NCBI GenBank assembly: GCA_002104945.1
Contig: MCFH01000096.1
Span: 1-64,000, forward strand
From: Piromyces finnis finn
Lineage: Eukaryota > Fungi > Neocallimastigomycota
DNA: 64,000 nt
Direction: 5' to 3'
Each line of letters begins with the position of its first letter. The stretch's first letter is position 1. Made by a program: the position numbers and the translations under genes. Shown in pieces: positions 12,391 to 21,486 of this stretch. The notes under the pieces are model-generated. The model searched no databases and was not told the DNA's origin. It saw only the letters and a program-made list of their open reading frames with translations.

Positions 12391-14319
12391 TGATAATAAT
12401 CTTAATTTTGAATTTTACTTCAAAAAGTGATTATTATATTATATCTTTGAGTATAACTATATAAGTTATATGGATTAGGAATTAAAATTGTTTTTGTAAA
12501 AATTAATAAAGTTGTTTTATTAGAAACACTTGTTTTCCTAATATTTAAATATTTAAAATTTTATTTATTTAAGTATAAAAGTGATTATTAAAATTACAAA
12601 AATATTAACTAAACTATATAATATTTCTTTATTATTAATAATAATAATGATTAAAAATGAGAATATTTACATGTATTTATATTTTCTTTTAAATTTAAAC
12701 TATTTACATTAAAACAATAAAATTAATAACTATTTACAATAAAAGTAATAAAAGTAATTAGAAATAACAATAAAAGAAATAATTAAAAGTTAAAGAATAT
12801 AAAAAGTTGTTTATTTTACAATTAATTAAAGTAATAATTATTTTTAATGTTTTAATAAAGGTGTTTAATTATATTATTTTATAACATGAATTATTATATT
12901 TGTTTACTTTTAAAGTGTAATTTACTAACGAAGTTATTAAATATTTAATTTAACAATTAATTTAACAAAAGTTATATATTTTGATCTCGATTAATTAAAG
13001 TTTATTATTTTCTTTCAATAATCAAAATATATGCAGTGTTTAGGATTAATTTCATTTTAGAATTTTGGTAAAGTACTTAATTAAACTATAACTTATTTTA
13101 AGTTACTTTTAGGGTTAACTTAAAAATCAGGTTTAATAATAATTTTATATTTATTAATTTCATTATTTATCAATTTGATGCGTTGACCGATATATTTTTG
13201 AATAATATAATGTTTTTAATAAATAATAAATTCTATATTATTATGATGAAACAATAAATTTAAAATAAAATAAAAATATGTTTTATAATTAACAAATAAA
13301 TCACTCAAAACTCGAAAATAAACTCTTATTATGTTTTAAATTAAATCTTTATTATATTTTATAATTTATTTATTATCTGTTTATGGTCTTTTTATTCTCT
13401 ATTTATTGTCCGCCCTTTATAAAGAAGAATTTTATCTTCCTTTTATACATTTTCATTTATTACATGTATTATTATTTTTAACTATTAAATATTATTATTA
13501 CTATTGTTATTATTTATTAAAATTAAAAGAATAAATTAGAATTATGTCTTAGTATTATAAAATATTATAGAATATTAATTATTTGATTTTCTTATTACTT
13601 CAAAATGTTTAAATTTAGAAAAATTATTATAAATTATCATTGACTATCATTAAATGTATAATACCTTGAATAAAATAATTAAAATTTAAAATTAAAATAA
13701 TATTAAAATAAAATTAAAATGAAATTAAAATATTAAAAGTATCAATTATTATAAACACTCATTTTATACAGAAACATAAAAGAGTTCTGTATTTTATCTT
13801 TGGAATTGTTATTATTGTTCTATTTCCAGGTTTTAAGTTTATCATTTTAGTAATAATTACTCAATTAGTTATTTATTAACTTATAAGTTTAAGAGAATTT
13901 CTAAAGAACACTTGGATAAACACTAGAATTAATGATTTGATGTATACCATTTTATTTTTAGTTTATTTATTCATTTTTATTTATTTATTATTATTTTATT
14001 ATTTTAGTACATTATTGGATTAAGTCGTTTTATTTTATTTAATAATTTATTTTATTTAATAATTTATTTTATTATTATCACTATTAGGTCGTTTTTACTC
14101 AGAATTTATTATATAATAAAGAGAATATTATTTATTTAAAGAAAGGGTTATATTTTCATAAAATTATTATTCATTCATCTTTAAGGGTTATATTTTCATA
14201 AAATTATTATTCATTCATCTTTAAGGGTTATTATTGTTTATTTTTATTATAAGTTACTATGGGTTAAGTCGTGTTTATTCAGCTAGTTTTTATCATGTTT
14301 TTATGTGAGTAGCGTATCA
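12391..14319. mobile_element. Solo LTR X2 (1929 bp) with 4-bp TSD AATT
   Basis: TGATA...TATCA terminal inverted repeat; AATT at 12387-12390 and 14320-14323; a 40-bp tandem duplication at ~14143-14222. Confidence 0.7.
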
Positions 14320-14323
14320 AATT

Positions 14324-15155
14324 TGCTACGGTTCAAATAAGATATCACAAAACACTTGAATAGTTATAAAAATAAAAATTTATTTAATTTTAATTTTTAT
14401 TCATTTAATTTATTTTTGATTTTTCAATTTTTAAAAATTTTCTCAAAAATCCTCGTACTTTTTCCAACTATCCATTATTTGAAATTTAATGGTTTTGGAT
14501 AGCTAAGGATTTAAATTGATTTCATTCATAATATATGGATCATTCACTATAACATATATTAATTAAATCCTTAATATATATTATGAATAATCTCTTAATA
14601 TTTGAATAGAAAATTTTTTAATTTATAATTAATAAAATTTTAATTTATGATATGTGTAACATTTTTGCATATCATATATTATATATTTTATTATGACATA
14701 TAATAAAATTATATTATTCAATTAATTATGCCCTTTTTTAGACATAAATAATAATTTTTCTGTCGAGGTATCTTCTGTTTTGTGTGTAACAGTTGCCTCT
14801 TTTAGTAAAAATTATAATTAAATTCTATGTCATAATTTCAAATTATAAAATATTATACAATAAAGTTAATTAATAAAATAAACCTTAAATAATAATAAAA
14901 TTTTGTAAAATTTATAAGTATAAAATATTATAAGTAATTATACTAATACTAATAATAAAGGTCTTAAATAACTATATACAAATAATATAACTATATAATA
15001 AAAATATGAATAATTACTAGAAAAATGTATAAAAATTATATATTATAATTTTTATATTTTAAAAATAGAGTTAAACACTAGTAAGGAATATAAATAGTTG
15101 AAGGTTAATTCCTAAAATTCTAGCTAATTCAACTATTTATGTTCATTCCTTAACA
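14324..15155 (-). repeat. 3' LTR of Gypsy C1
   Basis: TGTTAAGGAA...CCGTAGCA on minus; purine-rich tract GAAGGGCATTC immediately upstream (15156-15166). Confidence 0.95.
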
Positions 15156-15179
15156 GAATGCCCTTCGTTAAAACTCAAG

Positions 15180-18100
15180 CTACTCCGTTGCTGAGTTATA
15201 TTTAACGACATTTTTGAAATGTACATTTCTGTTCATTAGTACTCCAGTTTCTGGGTCTGCTAAGACTACTGTATTGAACTGTTTCTGGACCACTTTGAGA
15301 GGTCCTACAAAGTAAGGTTCCAATTTTGTTCTACTGAAGTTTCTTACCAAAACTAGGTCACCTACTTTTATTTTCTTAGCTTGGTTCATACTTAATTTTT
15401 CTTCTCTTCTCATAGACCAATATTTATTAGCCGTCTTTACATTTTCAGCAGCTTCTAGGGTCCATCGGTAGTGATTTATAAACTTTTCCAAAAGAATTTC
15501 ATCGGAACTCTTGTTTTGATCTTTAGTGGGTCGGGCAGCTATATCAAAAGGTTGTTGGTCTTCCCTACCATAAACTAGCTCAAAACTTGAATGTTTCGTA
15601 GCCGTATTCTTTGTAGTTCTTAAGGCCCAAAGCGCGGAAGGTAGAACTTCATCCCAGTCTTTACTTTCTTTCCCTAAAAGTCTTAAAAGTTTCCCAATTT
15701 CCTTATTTCGGTTTTCTGTTAATCCATTACTTTCAGGGTGGTAGGGAACTGTGAACTTCACATATACGTCATATAGGTCTAGAAATATCTTTGTCATATC
15801 TGAGGTAAATTGAGTTCCATTATCTGTAGTAATAACTTGTGGTACCCCATGTCTTGCAAACACATTTATTAAAAACTTTATCACGTCCAGAGAAGTAACA
15901 GTTTCCACCGCTTCGGCTTCTACCCATTTAGTAAAATAGTCAACTATGACTATTATATATTGTTTACTATTTCTTGTCTTAGGTAATGGCCCAATAATAT
16001 CCAAACCTAGATGTACAAATGGTCCTTCCACTTTAGTAGCTTTGTCCTCAGTTGGTTCTGGATAAGGTTGTGGTCTATTTACTTGACACTTCTCACACTT
16101 GCTAATAATTCTTTTAATATCCGCTATCATATCATTCCAATAATAATTTTTCTTTAACCTTTGATAAGTCTTATAATAACCTTCATGACCTACGTTATGT
16201 GCTTGAAATATTAACTTTACTTTTTCTTCTACAGTAGATATTAGCTGACGTAAGTTATTACCATCTACGAAATAGTCCTTCCCATCTATGGTAGTAAATT
16301 TTTCAGCTATAAACTCCTTAATAACTTTGGTTAATAACTCTTCATTATTAGTTTTATTAATTTTTGTTACCAGTATCTTTTTCTCCTCTTTATTCTTCAT
16401 TCTTGATAATGCATCAGCTATAACATTATTCTTTCCTTTATCATATTGAATATCAATATCCAACTGACTTACTGTAAGACACCATCTGTTGTGACGTGCA
16501 CTATTTGGTTCCTTATTTTTAAATAAACCCAAAAGTGGTTTATGGTCCGTATAAACCATAGTAGTGTACGGGTTTCCTAAAATATAAGGTTTTAACTTAC
16601 TCACGCAAAAGAATAACGCAGCACCTTCTAACTCTGTTATTCCATAGTTCTTCTCCGCTTTACTAAGACTTCGACTAATATAATGTACCGGGTGTTCTAT
16701 TTTGTTAGTTTCATCTTCTTGTAATAAAACACCACCCACTCCTTCATACGACGCGTCCGTACGTATGATAAAAGGCTTATCAAATTCAGGAAACTTTAAA
16801 ATGGGAGCGTTTATCAGTTTTTCTTTTAATACTTTAAATGCTTTTTCATGTTTTTCTTCCCATTTATATCGTACATTTTTCTTTAATAACTCACATAAGG
16901 GCGCGGTTACTTGAGAATAATTAGGAATAAAATTTCGATAATATCCTACTGCACCCAAAAATGAACGTAACTCATGAATATTTCCTGGAGCTTCCCACTT
17001 CCTTATGGCTTCTATTTTACTTTCCAAAGGACTCAAACCTTTAGTAGATAACCTGTGACCTAATACATTTACTTCTTCCTTCATAAAACTACATTTCTCA
17101 AGATTTATTTTTAATTCATTTTCTTTCAATATTTCAAATACTCTCTTAATATGTTCCATGTGTTCTTCCACACTCTTGGAATATATGAGTACATCATCAA
17201 TAAAATTATATACACAATTTCCTATTAAAGGAAATAATATCTTATTCATTTCCCTCTGAAAAGTTGCTGGTGCATTAGTTAACCCAAACGGCATGACCTT
17301 AAACTGATAGTTACCAAACTTGGTAGTAAAACTAGTAACCTCAGTGCTTTCCTCATGCATAGAAATTTGATGATAACCTGAATATAAGTCCATAGTAGTG
17401 AATATTTTGGCTCCGTTCAGACTATCAAATATTTCATCAATATAGGGGAGTGAATAAGAGTCCTTTTCCGTGAGGTCGTTCACTCTCCTATAGTCCACAC
17501 ACATTCTCCACTTACCATTATGTTTTGGAACCAGAACTACAGGGGAGGACCATTCTGAATAGGACGGCTCTATTAACTTTTTTTCTATTAGCTTAGTTAA
17601 CTCTTCTTTTAGTATATCTGATTTAAATTTAGTTAACCTATAAGCTCTTTGTTTAACTGGTTTTACACCAGCCTTTAGATTTATTTTATGTGGTGATAAT
17701 TTAGAAGGCGTTAATTCCTCAGAAGACGTCGCAATAATCTCTAAGTTTTCTTCCAAAAGTCGGAGTATTTCTTTCCGTTTATCTTTTGGTAAGGTGTTCA
17801 AGAATATCTCATTGTGTATATACTCCTGAGGTGGTAAACCTTCAATAGACTTCAAGCTTTTAGTATCTCCATCTGGTATCTTCTTAATAGTACATACCAA
17901 TTTTCCTTCATTATAATATTGGTTATTGATAGGTACTATTTCTTCTACTACACCTCTTTCTTTCACTTGACATAAGCTCTTGGTTACTGGATTTATATAT
18001 AATAAATTATCTACTTGAGTTTTATAATTTATTAACATATCATAGAACGGTTCTTCTTTTTCAAGTATTCTGAAGTCAACCACTAGTTCTACCTCTCCTA

Positions 18101-19157
18101 TTCTAACTGGTATACACACCACAGTACCCTCAGAGTATTCTTCATCAGTAGTAGCTAGTCGAATACGTCCTTTGCTTATTCCTACCACTTCATATTCCTT
18201 TGGTAGTCTTTTGTAAAAAGAAGATGTAATAACATTTAAGTTACTACACGTATCCACCAGTAGTTTTCCTGGTATTCCATCCACAGTCGCATCCACCATT
18301 GCTATATCCTCTTCTGAAGCTTCATTATTCTTACTTATATAGTCATGGTAGATATTATTTAATAAGGTTGTAGTAGCTACTATGTTATTTAATGCACCTG
18401 ATACCTTGCTTTGTACTTTCTCTAACTTTAGTCCTTGGGAAAGTTGTGTTCTTATTTTTGGGCATACATTAAATAACTGTCCATAAGTAATATCACATTT
18501 AGCTGTGTTTAAATCTTCAAAAATATCATAATCACTGGTATCACCTCTCATTTGGATATTACGTGTGACTTTCTCCTCTTTAGTTTTATCTTTTTCTTTA
18601 TCTTTAGTCATTTTCAATAACGTCGGTAGAATATCTGTATTTTTCTTTTTAGCTTTTTCTACTTCTACTTTATCTTCCGTATCAATACTGACCTCCATAT
18701 CTTCGTTTTCTTCTCTTTCGTCTTTATTTATGGGGGTTGGTGGTTTACTTCTTTGTTTTTCTCTGAGTCTTTTACTTTTTTCTTTTTCCTTGTTAATATT
18801 AGGTTGACTCAGAACAGACGTGTCAAGTTGGTTCTTGGGTTGTGATGGTGAACCTGATTCTAAACTCTCATTACTGAGTTCACGTTCTTGTTGCTTCCTA
18901 GTAGCAGGGGTAACTATTGGTCTTGGGTCTTCTTTTAATGATTTTTGTACTCTTTTCTTGGAAGAGTCTTCTTCATCATTAGCTTTTCTTTTAGCTGCAG
19001 CAATAATTTTATCTTCAATAGAAGATATTTCTTCATTATCTGATAAGTCAGAATACTCAGAATATTCAGAGTACTCATTATTATCAACTGAACTGTTATT
19101 AAGTGAAGCTATTTTTGGATTACTGGGAGTGCTTCTTCTCCCACTATCTAATTTAAA
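15180..19157 (-). CDS. pol: pol of Gypsy C1 (PR-RT-RH-IN with GPY/F motif, no chromodomain), reached by -1 frameshift
   Basis: Track ORF 15180..18698; the frame stays open up to the T TTA AAT heptamer (19151-57). Motifs VDTCS, FIDDVL, TDASYEG, LDIIGP, TDNGTQF, PYFVGP. Confidence 0.93.
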   Translation of the reverse strand, partial: FKLDSGRRSTPSNPKIASLNNSSVDNNEYSEYSEYSDLSDNEEISSIEDKIIAAAKRKANDEEDSSKKRVQKSLKEDPRPIVTPATRKQQERELSNESLESGSPSQPKNQLDTSVLSQPNINKEKEKSKRLREKQRSKPPTPINKDEREENEDMEVSIDTEDKVEVEKAKKKNTDILPTLLKMTKDKEKDKTKEEKVTRNIQMRGDTSDYDIFEDLNTAKCDITYGQLFNVCPKIRTQLSQGLKLEKVQSKVSGALNNIVATTTLLNNIYHDYISKNNEASEEDIAMVDATVDGIPGKLLVDTCSNLNVITSSFYKRLPKEYEVVGISKGRIRLATTDEEYSEGTVVCIPVRIGEVELVVDFRILEKEEPFYDMLINYKTQVDNLLYINPVTKSLCQVKERGVVEEIVPINNQYYNEGKLVCTIKKIPDGDTKSLKSIEGLPPQEYIHNEIFLNTLPKDKRKEILRLLEENLEIIATSSEELTPSKLSPHKINLKAGVKPVKQRAYRLTKFKSDILKEELTKLIEKKLIEPSYSEWSSPVVLVPKHNGKWRMCVDYRRVNDLTEKDSYSLPYIDEIFDSLNGAKIFTTMDLYSGYHQISMHEESTEVTSFTTKFGNYQFKVMPFGLTNAPATFQREMNKILFPLIGNCVYNFIDDVLIYSKSVEEHMEHIKRVFEILKENELKINLEKCSFMKEEVNVLGHRLSTKGLSPLESKIEAIRKWEAPGNIHELRSFLGAVGYYRNFIPNYSQVTAPLCELLKKNVRYKWEEKHEKAFKVLKEKLINAPILKFPEFDKPFIIRTDASYEGVGGVLLQEDETNKIEHPVHYISRSLSKAEKNYGITELEGAALFFCVSKLKPYILGNPYTTMVYTDHKPLLGLFKNKEPNSARHNRWCLTVSQLDIDIQYDKGKNNVIADALSRMKNKEEKKILVTKINKTNNEELLTKVIKEFIAEKFTTIDGKDYFVDGNNLRQLISTVEEKVKLIFQAHNVGHEGYYKTYQRLKKNYYWNDMIADIKRIISKCEKCQVNRPQPYPEPTEDKATKVEGPFVHLGLDIIGPLPKTRNSKQYIIVIVDYFTKWVEAEAVETVTSLDVIKFLINVFARHGVPQVITTDNGTQFTSDMTKIFLDLYDVYVKFTVPYHPESNGLTENRNKEIGKLLRLLGKESKDWDEVLPSALWALRTTKNTATKHSSFELVYGREDQQPFDIAARPTKDQNKSSDEILLEKFINHYRWTLEAAENVKTANKYWSMRREEKLSMNQAKKIKVGDLVLVRNFSRTKLEPYFVGPLKVVQKQFNTVVLADPETGVLMNRNVHFKNVVKYNSATE

Positions 19158-20068
19158 TGACCTTTTCTGGCCTTTTGTTTGTTTTCTTCTACTATGGCAC
19201 TCAGCTTAGGACAATGATATTGAAAGTGTCCCTTCTCGTTGCAAAAGTAGCAAGTTTTGATAGTTAAGTTTCTCATTTTCTCCGTCAACTCATTCATAGG
19301 ATCTTTCTTATCATTACCATAATTCGCTATTGTTGGCTTCTTGTTCCTTTCATAGCTATCTTCTTTTCTTTCATATTTATTTTTATATCTTTTATCAGAG
19401 TTAGAAGAGGTGGATACATCATAATTGTTAGCTTTATGACGATTTCTTAAATTTAGTCTGTCCCCATCTTCGGCAAGCTTGTAGGCTTCTGCTAAGGTAA
19501 CTTCTTTTTCCCTACGCACATTTTCCCAGGCTTTATAGTTAGGCTCAATGGAATCTAAGTAATCTTCAACATCTACTTTCCTTCTACGCTTCTTGTCTAG
19601 TTTGACATACAAGGAACGGTACCTTATGTTGAAGTCTTTTACTTTTTCATTCTTTTTGATTCGCATATCCCTAAGCTCCTTGAGAAGTTCTATTTGATCT
19701 TCCTTTACTCCATAAAATTCTTCTAACATAGTGACTATCTTTTTAAGGGAAGGGTAGTGAGCTCTTCTCTTTCCTCTACCTTCATCTTCTTCATCACTAT
19801 CTTCACTGTCTTCATCACTTTCGAAGTCCTTATTAGGATTCAACTCTTGAATAAGTTCATTTGGTGTTCCTGTAGTAGTAAACAAACAAGCTAGAAACAC
19901 CATTTTTGGACTTTTAACATCTTGAAGCATAGTCCAATACTTTAATTGACTATACCAAGTCTTAATGTCCAAATTATCTTCGGTTAATCTAGTGACATGC
20001 TTTAATTCCTTCATTAATTTAGCAAAGTCAATAGATTTATCAGCTCCCGTACTCATTTTTATATACAA
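19148..20068 (-). CDS. gag: gag of Gypsy C1 with CCHC zinc knuckle
   Basis: CYFCNEKGHFQYHC near the C-terminus. The true start is probably the ATG of MSTG. Confidence 0.9.
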   Translation of the reverse strand: MYIKMSTGADKSIDFAKLMKELKHVTRLTEDNLDIKTWYSQLKYWTMLQDVKSPKMVFLACLFTTTGTPNELIQELNPNKDFESDEDSEDSDEEDEGRGKRRAHYPSLKKIVTMLEEFYGVKEDQIELLKELRDMRIKKNEKVKDFNIRYRSLYVKLDKKRRRKVDVEDYLDSIEPNYKAWENVRREKEVTLAEAYKLAEDGDRLNLRNRHKANNYDVSTSSNSDKRYKNKYERKEDSYERNKKPTIANYGNDKKDPMNELTEKMRNLTIKTCYFCNEKGHFQYHCPKLSAIVEENKQKARKGHLN

Positions 20069-20448
20069 GTTTTAAATAAAGATAAAAATACAATTTTACA
20101 ATAATATTAAAGAATGAAACAAGTTTAAAAAAAAAATAATTTTCTTTTATAAGAATTTAAAAGAATGAATTACAACAATATTTGAAATATATTTAATTAA
20201 CAACACTAATAATTATTCTCTTTAGTTAAACTAGTAATACCAATATAAAATACTTCCTTAACTGCACCAATTAACAATATTAATTTCTCTCTATTAACTA
20301 TTTTAATTGTGCCTTGAAGTATATAACTTTTTATTATACTAGTATAACCCTCTTTTGAATTATTAACTATTTTAATTAAATAATAATACAAAAATAAATA
20401 TAAAAATAACTATAAAAATGTAGTGTGATATCAATATGTTATTATTAT

Positions 20449-20465
20449 CCCCGATATCTCCACCA
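20449..20465 (-). promoter_or_regulatory. PBS of Gypsy C1, complementary to a tRNA-Ala-type 3' end
   Basis: TGGTGGAGATATCGGGG; implied tRNA end ...TCTCCACCA has A73 and U70 (Ala identity). Confidence 0.8.
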
Positions 20466-20472
20466 TTAATTA

Positions 20473-21304
20473 TGCTACGGTTCAAATAAGATATCACAAA
20501 ACACTTGAATAGTTATAAAAATAAAAATTTATTTAATTTTAATTTTTATTCATTTAATTTATTTTTGATTTTTCAATTTTTAAAAATTTTCTCAAAAATC
20601 CTCGTACTTTTTCCAACTATCCATTATTTGAAATTTAATGGTTTTGGATAGCTAAGGATTTAAATTGATTTCATTCATAATATATGGATCATTCACTATA
20701 ACATATATTAATTAAATCCTTAATATATATTATGAATAATCTCTTAATATTTGAATAGAAAATTTTTTAATTTATAATTAATAAAATTTTAATTTATGAT
20801 ATGTGTAACATTTTTGCATATCATATATTATATATTTTATTATGACATATAATAAAATTATATTATTCAATTAATTATGCCCTTTTTTAGACATAAATAA
20901 TAATTTTTCTGTCGAGGTATCTTCTGTTTTGTGTGTAACAGTTGCCTCTTTTAGTAAAAATTATAATTAAATTCTATGTCATAATTTCAAATTATAAAAT
21001 ATTATACAATAAAGTTAATTAATAAAATAAACCTTAAATAATAATAAAATTTTGTAAAATTTATAAGTATAAAATATTATAAGTAATTATACTAATACTA
21101 ATAATAAAGGTCTTAAATAACTATATACAAATAATATAACTATATAATAAAAATATGAATAATTACTAGAAAAATGTATAAAAATTATATATTATAATTT
21201 TTATATTTTAAAAATAGAGTTAAACACTAGTAAGGAATATAAATAGTTGAAGGTTAATTCCTAAAATTCTAGCTAATTCAACTATTTATGTTCATTCCTT
21301 AACA
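20473..21304 (-). repeat. 5' LTR of Gypsy C1
   Basis: Same 832-bp sequence as 14324-15155. Confidence 0.95.
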
Positions 21305-21321
21305 AATTAAATTAATTATTA

Positions 21322-21403
21322 GTTACTTTGGCGGAGTGGTTAACGCGGTGGCCTGCTAAGCCATTTCCCTTTGGGAGCGCAGGTTCGAGTCCTGCAGGTG
21401 ACG
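21322..21403 (+). tRNA. tRNA-Ser(GCT)
   Basis: Acceptor GTTACTT/AGGTGAC, anticodon arm GTGGC-CTGCTAA-GCCAT, long variable arm, GGTTCGAGTCC T-loop; 82 nt. Confidence 0.97.
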
Positions 21404-21413
21404 AATAGTTATT

Positions 21414-21486
21414 GCGAAGTTGGCGCAGTCGGCAGCGCGTAAGTCTCATAATCTTAAGGTCGTGAGTTCGAACCTCACACTTCGCA
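21414..21486 (+). tRNA. tRNA-Met(CAT), elongator type
   Basis: Acceptor GCGAAGT/ACTTCGC + A; anticodon arm TAAGT-CTCATAA-TCTTA (U:U pair as in yeast elongator Met); GTTCGAAC T-loop; followed by TTTT. Confidence 0.96.

Larger units (their letters stand above)
8848..14067 (-). repeat. Right arm of the inverted duplication
   Basis: Mirror of 1-5219. Confidence 0.95.
14324..21304 (-). mobile_element. Full-length Ty3/Gypsy element C, copy 1
   Basis: Two 832-bp LTRs (14324-15155, 20473-21304) with no difference seen by eye; TSD AATT (14320-23, 21305-08); PBS, gag, pol and PPT all present. Confidence 0.95.

Noticed and set aside
18565-19209. Ser/Leu-rich antisense ORFs in C (also 47637-48281) as env-like or accessory genes
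   Set aside because: They are the reverse complement of the K/E-rich pol leader, which is open in the sense -1 frame.
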